Assembly (NCBI GenBank): GCA_044344255.1
Contig: JBIJDH010000041.1
Location: 1-47,096, forward strand
Origin: Myxococcota bacterium
GTDB taxonomy: Bacteria; Myxococcota_A; UBA796; UBA2385
Length of the DNA: 47,096 bases
Direction: 5' to 3'
Under the pieces are notes generated by a model, which was given only the letters and a program-made list of their open reading frames with translations, ran no database searches and was not told the DNA's origin. Position 1 is the stretch's first letter. Every line of letters starts with the position of its first letter. Positions 1 to 7,731 of this stretch are shown piece by piece. A program made the position numbers and the translations under genes.

Positions 1-376
1 AGGCCGCGATGCGCTTCTGGCGCCATCCTCGGCGGACCCACACCGCGCGCCCTGCCGTTCGTCAGCAGCGGTAGGGGGCGGCGCCGCCGTCCAGTCCCTC
101 ACGGGAAGGGTTTCTTCCCAGGGATCCCAATTAACATTTGGGTTCGGTGGGCGAAGGTCGCCCCACCCCCCCTCCCCGCCCGTCTCACCGGGCAGTCGGC
201 AGGATCGAGGAGCTGGACGGGGGCGAGCGCGATAGCGCGCCAGCAGCACGATAGGGTCCACTCCGGCAGACCGCATCCTGCGAGCACCGGCGAGCAGCCC
301 CGAGGCATCGCTGCCTTGCTCGAACGTGGGTCGACGGCTGGGTTCGCGCCCGGCGACCAGGCGTTAGGCCTTGGAG

Positions 377-1290
377 ATGCGAAGGCACTCTCTGCCGTGG
401 GCGCTCTGCCTACCTGCCCTTTTCCACGGGGCCCTCCTCCAGGGGTGCGGAGGGAGCGCGTCGGAGCCGCCCACCTCGCCCACCCCAGCGCCCGCTCCAC
501 GACGGCCCTCCTACCGGATCATCCCAAATGAGGCCCCGAGCGCGGAGGCGCTCGCCTGCACGGGCTTCCCCTTCGCCCCGGACGACACGGTGTCGCGCTG
601 TGCGGCTTCCACGGCCACAGACGGCGTGGCGGTGGAGAAGGCGTGGGTGCGCGTTCCGGGTCGCCGGAAGGGGCGGCCGATGACGCCGGATGATCCCGAC
701 ACCTGGCAGGTCGAGTGGACCCTGCTGTTCCAGAGCCCGACGGGGTGGGCGCGCTATCCGCTCCGCCGGCTGTTCTGCGGCGGCGAGGTGCCGCTGGGCT
801 GCAGCCACGCCAAGATGTTCGGGCGCATGCGTACCGACGACCGGTGGGCGGCCGAGCAGCTCATCCGGCCGAGCTGCGCGCCGCATCTGGCCAGCCCCAC
901 CGAAATACGAACGCTCGATCTGCCCCAAGCCTGTGTCTCCGCGCTGGCGCGCTGCGGTCTCGAGGTGGACGTTCCGCTCGCGGTCAGCAGCTACCGGCGC
1001 TCGGAGCGCACGAACGCCGTGGTGCTCGGCGTTGCGCCGCCGCTCCTCCTCGAGCCGGAGTTCTCTCCGTTCGGGTTCGTGGTGGCCGATCCCGCGATCT
1101 TCGCCCCGATGCCTGGTGCGGGCCGGAGTCCGGGCTTCGGAGCCGCACCGCGGTCGTGTGGCTGGGCGCCGGGCCGGTGAGGTGCGACCAGGCGGAGGCG
1201 CCGTTGGTGATCGTGCCGGAGCCCATCGACGGGAGAAGGCCGGCCGCGGGGACCTGCCACATCCCCGCCAACGCCTGCCCCGCGCCCTGA
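377..1290 (+). pseudogene. Hypothetical Cys-rich lipoprotein, probably frameshifted near 1120 (intact frame stops at 1180)
   Basis: ATG at 377, signal peptide ending LLQG|C with a Pro-rich linker. After ~1120 the GC3-rich, protein-like reading (RTAVVWLGAGPVRCDQAEAPLVIVPEP...) moves to the frame of ORF 715..1290. Confidence 0.45.
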
Positions 1291-1342
1291 TCGCCGCTGG
1301 GCACCGGGTGGAGCGTGCGGGGGCGACCCCGCCTCGGCGTCC

Positions 1343-1356
1343 GACCTGTACAGGTC
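1343..1356. promoter_or_regulatory. Perfect 14-bp palindrome GACCTGTACAGGTC, possible operator
   Basis: Self-complementary sequence in the intergenic region 1291-1708. Function is inferred only. Confidence 0.3.
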
Positions 1357-1708
1357 AGGCCGGCTCGAAGCCCCTCACCCCGGGCCACGCCTGCCGAACT
1401 GGACTCCGCCAACCGGCTCGGAGACCCCGCGCCGCCGGGTCCGCTCCGACTCCCAACTCTGAACGGTGCTGAACAGCCGCTGCCCCAGCGGGTCGCTGGG
1501 CGGCCGGGCTCACCCGATGGGGCGCAATTCTGGCGCTCTCCCCGAGGTCCCGTTTGGCTGAGGTCAGCGCGCAAGGCTGGCACGGCGCTTGCTCTACCTT
1601 CCAGAGCGGTGGCCGACCGTCACCATCGTCGGCCAACGCCGCGCGGCGCCTGGCGTGCCCCGCATTTTGCCCTCTCTTCCTATCCGGCACACGGATTGAG
1701 GTGGTCCC

Positions 1709-2278
1709 ATGACACTGCTGCGCACCCTCACGACATGCATCCTTGGTTTTGTCCTCTCCGTGGCGACCATTCGGCCCGCGGCCGCAGCCCAGCCGCCGAG
1801 CCTCTCCACGGCGGAGGGCGTTGACGACGTCTGCGAAGTGATCGGCGGGGTTGTCTTTCCATCCGCCAGGGTCCTCAGGATGAACCTCATTCCAACTGTC
1901 ATTGTGGTTCGCGGGGACACCGCCTACCTGCAACACCTGATCAGGCGAGAGACACCCGTGATTGACTGGCAGACCGCCCATCAGGGGCAGGGCGAGCTGA
2001 GCTGGGCCTGGCGGACCAGAATTCGCGTGAAGGATGGTCAGATGCAGATGAGGGGTCTCCTTTTCTGGCATGACCTGGACATTGACCGCGAGTCTGGCGC
2101 ACTGCGTCGCGGCGGGTTCCTGAAGGTAGCCACATTTGAAGGAAACTGTACAAAGCGCGACATCGCGCTGGGCTATCTGACCCTACTGCAACTCGAAGAG
2201 GAGCCCGTGTTCCTCAAGATCGGTCGGGCGCTGGACGGCGACAATTCCGAGCTCGAAGGCTGGGACAGCGGGGCGTAG
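1709..2278 (+). CDS. Hypothetical secreted protein (189 aa), visibly lower GC
   Basis: GAGGTGG RBS upstream, Sec-like signal peptide (..RPAAAA|Q), many A/T-ending codons, no family recognised. Confidence 0.65.
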   Translation: MTLLRTLTTCILGFVLSVATIRPAAAAQPPSLSTAEGVDDVCEVIGGVVFPSARVLRMNLIPTVIVVRGDTAYLQHLIRRETPVIDWQTAHQGQGELSWAWRTRIRVKDGQMQMRGLLFWHDLDIDRESGALRRGGFLKVATFEGNCTKRDIALGYLTLLQLEEEPVFLKIGRALDGDNSELEGWDSGA

Positions 2279-2416
2279 GCTGAGTCGGTGGGGCCGGCGT
2301 GGTTGCCCAGTCTTCCGGACATCCCATCGACCTGTCCGTCCCCGTTGAGCGATGGTCCGAAAGATGTTGCCAAAGCTCCGAAGGGTGCTCGAGAGGGTCA
2401 TTCGACGGGGGCGGGC

Positions 2417-2446
2417 TTGCAAGCTACCGTTCCCCGGGAATAGAGT
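2417..2446 (+). promoter_or_regulatory. Putative sigma70-type promoter for the MFS gene
   Basis: TTGCAA (2417-2422), 18-nt spacer, TAGAGT (2441-2446), then a GGGAGG RBS and ATG at 2465. Confidence 0.35.
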
Positions 2447-2464
2447 GGGCGCTTGGGAGGGTCC

Positions 2465-3643
2465 ATGGTCCCCATCACCGCGGCCCTGACCCTCCTCCAG
2501 CTCTTGCTGGTCTGGACCTGGACCCTCTACGCCGCCTTCCTGCCGCAGCTCCTGGCGAGCGCCGGGCTCGACAAGTCCTGGGTGCCCCTGATCCTGCTCG
2601 TGGATCAGGTCCTGTTCCTCGTGCTCGATCCCCTGATGGGCTTCTTCACAGACCTTGTCGGCCCCTGGCTCCGGCGGCTCGGGCCGGTCCTCTTGCTGGT
2701 CTCTCTCCTGAGCGCGGGCTGTTTTGCCGTGCTGCCGCTGGTGAGTGGTCTCGGCTCCCTCGCCCTCCTCGTGCCCCTGTTCTGCTGGGCAGCCAGCGCC
2801 ACGGCCCTGCGCGCGCCGATGATGGTGCTCCTCCACCGGCATGTCCCCCAGCCTCGGGCGCCCGGGCCTCTCGTGCTCGCCCTCGTGGGAATGGGGATCG
2901 GGAGCGCGCTCTCTCCCTCCCTCACCACGGCCTTGGCAGACTGGAAGCCGCTGATCCCCTTCTTACTCGCTTCGGCCTCCACCGTGGCGGGCGTCCTCGT
3001 CCTCCTCGTGGCCGAGGCGCTGGCGCCCCCTGCGGACACGAGCCCCCGAGGCGCCTGGACCCTCCCCCGATTCCTGATCCTCGGCCTCCTCGTGTTCGGC
3101 CTCGGGCTGGCGACTACGGCGATGCAGCTCCATACCGGGCTCCGGCAGGGGGCCATCCTCAAGGCCGGCCTCCGGGCGGGGCTCCTGCCCTGGGTTCAGC
3201 CCCTCTTCGGGATCGGCATGGCGGGGGCCATGGTCCTGTGGAGGCCATTGCTCGGCGGCCTCTTCCCCTGGGTGGGGATGGCGCTTGGGGCGCTGGCCTT
3301 CGGGCTCAGCGCCGGGTTGAGCGCCGTCTCCTCGTTGGAGGCCGTGCTCGTGGGCACCACCCTGCTCTCCGGCGCCGCTTGGGGTGGCCTGTTCAGCTCG
3401 GGCATCGGCGCGGCCCTCTCCACCGCCCCGGAGCGGCGCGCGGGGCTGGCGCTGGGCCTCTTCTTCTCCACCCTCGCCGCGGGCTCGGTGATCCGGCTGA
3501 CCGGAGTGACCACGACGCTCTGGGCGGCGATGCCGCCCGTGGCCATCGATCTGCTGGTGGTGGGCCTCGCCTCCTTGTCCGCTGTCTTCCTGGCCCTGGG
3601 AGGGTGGATGGTCTGGTTGAGGCCGACACTCACGAAGCCTTAG
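2465..3643 (+). CDS. MFS transporter
   Basis: About 392 aa with ~12 hydrophobic segments, motif A-like DPLMGFFTDLVG, and loop APERRAGLALGLF. GGGAGG RBS precedes ATG 2465. Confidence 0.8.
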   Translation: MVPITAALTLLQLLLVWTWTLYAAFLPQLLASAGLDKSWVPLILLVDQVLFLVLDPLMGFFTDLVGPWLRRLGPVLLLVSLLSAGCFAVLPLVSGLGSLALLVPLFCWAASATALRAPMMVLLHRHVPQPRAPGPLVLALVGMGIGSALSPSLTTALADWKPLIPFLLASASTVAGVLVLLVAEALAPPADTSPRGAWTLPRFLILGLLVFGLGLATTAMQLHTGLRQGAILKAGLRAGLLPWVQPLFGIGMAGAMVLWRPLLGGLFPWVGMALGALAFGLSAGLSAVSSLEAVLVGTTLLSGAAWGGLFSSGIGAALSTAPERRAGLALGLFFSTLAAGSVIRLTGVTTTLWAAMPPVAIDLLVVGLASLSAVFLALGGWMVWLRPTLTKP

Positions 3644-3670
3644 ACGAATCGAATCGGTGCCAGGCATGGA

Positions 3671-3900
3671 GGGTCGGACGGTGTGCAGTCGGTCGTGACC
3701 CAGCGCTGGCCCGAGGCCATCTTCCTCCCCATCGAGACCACCGGCGACGGCGCGGTCAACGTCGACAGCCGCGTCCAGATGATGCTCTTCAAGGCCCGCA
3801 ACAAGGCCCGCGCTGAGTTCGATGCCGCCCTCAAGGAGTCCGGCGTGGACGAGGAGACCTTCAAGAAGCGGGCCGCCTCCAGCCGACGCCTGCACCCCCA
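3671..3900 (+). pseudogene. C-terminal remnant of a 2-hydroxyacyl-CoA dehydratase/CoA-activase-associated protein
   Basis: SDGVQSVVTQRWPEAIFLPIETTGDGAVNVDSRVQMMLFKAR resembles, from memory, the conserved C-terminus of that family. There is no N-terminal part, and the ORF runs into the convergent gene. Confidence 0.6.
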
Positions 3901-3953
3901 GGCAGGCCGCCCGAGCGGGCCAGACGATCGTGCTCCGAGAGATCGCGCTCCGA

Positions 3954-5702
3954 CTACTCTTCCGGGCAGAAGCCGCGCATCTGCGGGGTGGCCAGGATGA
4001 GCCGGAGGTCCTGGTCTGGATCCTTGCCGAACTTGTAGGTGTCGGCGTCGAGGGAGGCCACGCCCCCCCAGTCGAGCGGGACGTCCTCGGTGCGGATGTG
4101 ATCGGGCACGTACTGGTGGGGCCAGGTGCAGTTGTCCCAATTCGGGTTCGCCAGGGCGGCTGTCCCCGCCATGTGGGGGGTGAAGCCGCCGGGCATGAGG
4201 TCGTCGGGCAGGCCGGTGGAGCCGAGCGTGGCCAGCGACTCCACCAGCACCATGCTCGCGCTGTAGGTGAGGACGTGGTTGTCCTCGAACCAGCCCAGCG
4301 CGGGGCCTCCGTTCTGGGTGCAGGTCCAGGAGCCGTCGTCGTGCGGGCCGGCCCACTCGAGGCAGCGACTGTGGTTGATGTTGTTGATCGGCACGCCGTC
4401 GCGGGTGGTCGACATCTTCGTGGCCACGGCGGCGAGCCAGTCCCGGGCGTACGTGTCGTCGAGGTTGGTGGGATCCGTGCCGTCCGGGCGCAGCTCCCTC
4501 GGCCCGAACCCATAGCCGCCGTGCCCGAAGCCCCAGTCGTCGTCGTCGATGTCACCGTCCCCGTCGTGGTCTTCGGTGTAGAGCGGGGCCGATATCTGCC
4601 CGGTGCCCCCAAAGCTGAGCAGCATCTGGCTCGTGGTGGTGCCATCGAGGAAGGAGAGTCGCTGGCTGTAGATGACGCGGTCGGCGTGGGGCGTGGCCGT
4701 GTCCCCGACCTCGCGGAGATAGTCGAAGCGGCCGATCAGGCCGTCGGCGTACCCGTCTGTGATGTCGCTGTACCCGTCGCCGTCGGGGACACAGGTGCGC
4801 TCGATCTCGCCGGTGTCCGGGTCTCGGATCCCGAAACACAGGTAGGGCCAGTCCGTCTGGTTCCAGGCCTCCGGCACGACCCCCTCGTCGGTGATGGCGT
4901 TCGAGGCGAGATAGACCTTCATGCGGACGTCCGGCGCACAAGCGAGGACGGTCGACTCGGCCCAGCGGTACCAGCGCCGCGCGTACTGGGCGACCGCCGG
5001 GGCCTCCGGCAGGCACTCCCCGGAGGACAGGCAGTCCGACGTGCTCACCCCCCCCTCCACGCAAGCGAGGCAAGCCTCGTTTCGGGTGAAGAAGGCCTCC
5101 TCCTCTTCCTCGGAGCAGGTGCCGGCCGCCACCGCGGCCCCGACATCACCTCCCTCCGCGGTCACCCCGTCGGCGCAGGTGTCGGAGAGCTCCATGAACA
5201 TCGCCTGAACCGGGGCGACAAGCTGGAGGAAGGCGTACATGTGGATACGCGCCTCCCAGTCGACGTCGCCATCGGAGAAGGAGAAGAAGGCGTGGGGGTC
5301 GGTGCAGAGGGGACCGTCCCCCGCGAAATCTCCCGTACCGAGCAGGCGGTCGAGCGGGAAGAGGCCGGCCCCCCAGGCGTCGACCTCCGCAGGGTCTTCG
5401 AGGGAGAGGGCTTCGCTCATCGCCACCCCTTCTCCCTCGTCGAAGGTCCCGCCCTCCACGGCCGCACCGAGGGGATCGAGGGAGCCGTCGGAGGGAGGCG
5501 GGGGCGGGCCGGGGCGGGCGCTCCGCCAGGCCGCGGGGAAGGGCTCATGGGTCGCCCCGCGAAAGGCGACCGCAGGATCGAGCGGGGGTGACCCCACCAC
5601 GCGCGGAGCGGAGGGCACCGAGTGGGTGCAGCCCAGCAGGAAGACCAAGGCCGCGACCCGATCGGGCCGGCGACGGGAGAGCGGGGGCAGGGTTCGATGC
5701 AT
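3954..5702 (-). CDS. Hypothetical Cys-rich acidic lipoprotein (~582 aa)
   Basis: Start reassigned to ATG 5702 (MHRTLPP...). Lipobox FLLG|C, Pro-rich linker, EF-hand-like DHDGDGDIDDDD loop and multiple Cys. Confidence 0.75.
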   Translation of the reverse strand: MHRTLPPLSRRRPDRVAALVFLLGCTHSVPSAPRVVGSPPLDPAVAFRGATHEPFPAAWRSARPGPPPPPSDGSLDPLGAAVEGGTFDEGEGVAMSEALSLEDPAEVDAWGAGLFPLDRLLGTGDFAGDGPLCTDPHAFFSFSDGDVDWEARIHMYAFLQLVAPVQAMFMELSDTCADGVTAEGGDVGAAVAAGTCSEEEEEAFFTRNEACLACVEGGVSTSDCLSSGECLPEAPAVAQYARRWYRWAESTVLACAPDVRMKVYLASNAITDEGVVPEAWNQTDWPYLCFGIRDPDTGEIERTCVPDGDGYSDITDGYADGLIGRFDYLREVGDTATPHADRVIYSQRLSFLDGTTTSQMLLSFGGTGQISAPLYTEDHDGDGDIDDDDWGFGHGGYGFGPRELRPDGTDPTNLDDTYARDWLAAVATKMSTTRDGVPINNINHSRCLEWAGPHDDGSWTCTQNGGPALGWFEDNHVLTYSASMVLVESLATLGSTGLPDDLMPGGFTPHMAGTAALANPNWDNCTWPHQYVPDHIRTEDVPLDWGGVASLDADTYKFGKDPDQDLRLILATPQMRGFCPEE

Positions 5703-5771
5703 GCGGCTCCACCAATTCGAGCGCCCAGGATAGCCTGTCGCCCCGACCCCGACCTGCCCCCGGAGCCCTCC

Positions 5772-6704
5772 ATGTCTCGCCCTCGTGCCCCGCTCCTCAG
5801 CTTGTTCGTCCTCCTCGCCTGCGGGGGAGACGGTGGGGCCAAGGGAGGCGGAGGCGGCGCGACGGACGGGGCCGGCGACGACGGCGGCGACGACGGCGAC
5901 GACGGCGGCGCGCCGGTCGAACCCGCTCCGGTCTGTCCGGCGGCCTCGGGTGCAGGGGATGTCGCGATGGGGGACGCCAACTGGGACGGAGAGACCGACA
6001 TCGCCGACGGCGTCTGGACGCTGCGCAGCCTGCTCGACGGCGGGGCGACCTACGCCTGCGAGGACGCCCAGGACTTCATTCGCGACGACCTCATCGACAT
6101 CGCCGACGCGCTGGCCATCTTCTACGCCCTGTTCACCGATCAGGCCAAGGTGCCCACCCGCAGCCCGAGCTGCGCCACCCCGACGGCGATCCCCGAGGCC
6201 CCCTGCGGCGTGCTCGTGCTGAGCGTGGACGCCGAGCCCCAGGTGAACGGCCCCGCCGGACAGCCCCTCCCCTTCACCGTCGGCGTGCAGCTTCAGTCCC
6301 CCAGCCTGGAGGTGCAGGCCTGGAGCTACGGCCTCTCCGCGGTGGGCTGCAGCGTGTCGAGCTTCGAAGAGGCGGGGAGCGTCGTGGCCGACCGCCGTCT
6401 CGATCCGGAGGGCCACCGCGACGACGGCTTCGTCCGCACCGACGTGATCCCGGGCGGCGTGACGGGGGCCGCGGTCCTGTCCTGGAAGCGCGACGTCACC
6501 CTCGCCGCCCAAGGCGATCCCTGGCGCGTCCTCAACGTCGGGGTAGAGGCCACGGTCCCCGCATCGGGCTGTTCGTCCTGCACCCTCACGTTCTCGGACA
6601 CCCTCGCCGGAGGGGGAGCGCCCGTCGCGCTGGTCGTCTCTGCGGGAGGGCGCAGCTACCGGCCGGACACGACCCCTTCGGTCATCCAGATCTGCGCCGA
6701 CTGA
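5772..6704 (+). CDS. Lipoprotein with dockerin-type double Ca-binding repeat and a C-terminal cohesin-like beta domain
   Basis: GGAG RBS, ATG 5772, lipobox LLA|C, Gly/Asp linker. GDANWDGETDIADG...C.DA.D...DDLIDIADAL is the dockerin pattern; a VQAWSYGL beta-sandwich follows. Confidence 0.75.
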   Translation: MSRPRAPLLSLFVLLACGGDGGAKGGGGGATDGAGDDGGDDGDDGGAPVEPAPVCPAASGAGDVAMGDANWDGETDIADGVWTLRSLLDGGATYACEDAQDFIRDDLIDIADALAIFYALFTDQAKVPTRSPSCATPTAIPEAPCGVLVLSVDAEPQVNGPAGQPLPFTVGVQLQSPSLEVQAWSYGLSAVGCSVSSFEEAGSVVADRRLDPEGHRDDGFVRTDVIPGGVTGAAVLSWKRDVTLAAQGDPWRVLNVGVEATVPASGCSSCTLTFSDTLAGGGAPVALVVSAGGRSYRPDTTPSVIQICAD

Positions 6705-6719
6705 ACCCGCGTCACCTCA

Positions 6720-6783
6720 CGGGTCGACGTTTCGGAGCCGGGCGTCGACCCGACCGACGGACGACCCGACCGACGGTCGACCC
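6720..6783. repeat. 10-bp inverted repeat plus 15-nt tandem direct repeat in the his leader region
   Basis: CGGGTCGACG (6720-6729) pairs with CGTCGACCCG (6743-6752). CGACCCGACCGACGG occurs at 6746-6760 and 6762-6776, with an extra GTCGACCC at 6776-6783. Confidence 0.8.
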
Positions 6784-6867
6784 ACCAGCGGGCTCTGGGT
6801 TTGGTGCCTCGCGGACCCGGGAACGCCCGCCCCAGGATAGTCCGCCCGGCCGAACGGAGCTCCCCCC

Positions 6868-7731
6868 ATGACCGCCCCGATGCACCTCGCCATCCCGAAG
6901 GGACGCATGTACGACTCGGTGCTCCGCCTCCTCGCGGACGCCAGCGTCGAGCTCAAGGTGGGCGCACGCGCCTACCGCCCCGTCCTCAGCCTGGCGGGCT
7001 TCGAGACGAAGATCCTCAAGCCCCAGACCATCGTGGAGATGCTGCACCATGGCACCCGCGACGTCGGCTTCGCCGGCGCCGACTGGGTGGCCGAGAAGGG
7101 CGCGGACCTCGTGGAGGTGCTGGACCTCCGCCTCGACCCCGTGCGCCTCGTCGCCGCGGCCCCCCGCGAGCTCCTCGTGGACGGCCGCCTCCCGCCCGGG
7201 CGCCGCTGGACCGTCGCGAGTGAGTACGAGGCGCTCACCCGCGCGTGGATCGACCGGATGGGGCTCCAGGCCGAGGTCGTCCGCAGCTATGGCGCCACCG
7301 AGGTGTTCCCGCCGGAAGACGCCGACTTCATCATCGACAACACGTCCACCGGCTCCACCCTCGTCGCCAACGGCCTCGAGATCTTCGACACGCTCCTGCA
7401 CAGCAGCACCCGCCTCTGGGCGCACCCCGCCGCCTGGGCCGACCCCGCCCGTCGCGAGCGTATCGAGCACCTCGCCATGCTCCTCCGCTCCGTGATGGAC
7501 GCCCGCAGCCGCGTCATCCTCGAGCTCAACGTGGGCGCCGCGGACCTCGAGCGCCTCGTCGCCATCCTCCCCTGCATGAAGACGCCGACCGTCTCCCCGC
7601 TGCACGGGGGCAGCGGGTTCGCGGTGAAGGTCGCGGTGCCCCGGAAGCTCGTCCCCGAGCTGATCCCGGTGATCCGACGGAACGGTGGTTCGGACATCCT
7701 CGTCACCGAGCCCACCCAGATCATCCCGTGA
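6868..7731 (+). CDS. hisG: ATP phosphoribosyltransferase, long form
   Basis: LAIPKGR, DVGFAGADW, VASEY, SYGATE, ADFIIDNTSTGSTLVANGL. C-terminal regulatory domain (LPCMKTPTVSPL) is present. Confidence 0.97.
   Translation: MTAPMHLAIPKGRMYDSVLRLLADASVELKVGARAYRPVLSLAGFETKILKPQTIVEMLHHGTRDVGFAGADWVAEKGADLVEVLDLRLDPVRLVAAAPRELLVDGRLPPGRRWTVASEYEALTRAWIDRMGLQAEVVRSYGATEVFPPEDADFIIDNTSTGSTLVANGLEIFDTLLHSSTRLWAHPAAWADPARRERIEHLAMLLRSVMDARSRVILELNVGAADLERLVAILPCMKTPTVSPLHGGSGFAVKVAVPRKLVPELIPVIRRNGGSDILVTEPTQIIP

Noticed and set aside
5703..6512. N-terminal 270 aa of the 852-aa ORF
   Set aside because: It lies antisense to the dockerin lipoprotein gene; the signal peptide starts at ATG 5702.
6746..6783. 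Mini CRISPR array
   Set aside because: The repeats are 15 nt and adjacent with no spacers, and there are no cas genes in the window.
6705..6867. Classical His-codon attenuator or T-box
   Set aside because: No His-rich leader peptide, T-box motif or U-tailed terminator is visible.
7245..7727. N-terminal extension of the hisC ORF (likewise hisF 10011-10640 and the surface protein 14647-14832)
   Set aside because: The hisC and hisF extensions overlap upstream genes. Coupled or RBS-supported starts are at 7728, 10641 and 14833.
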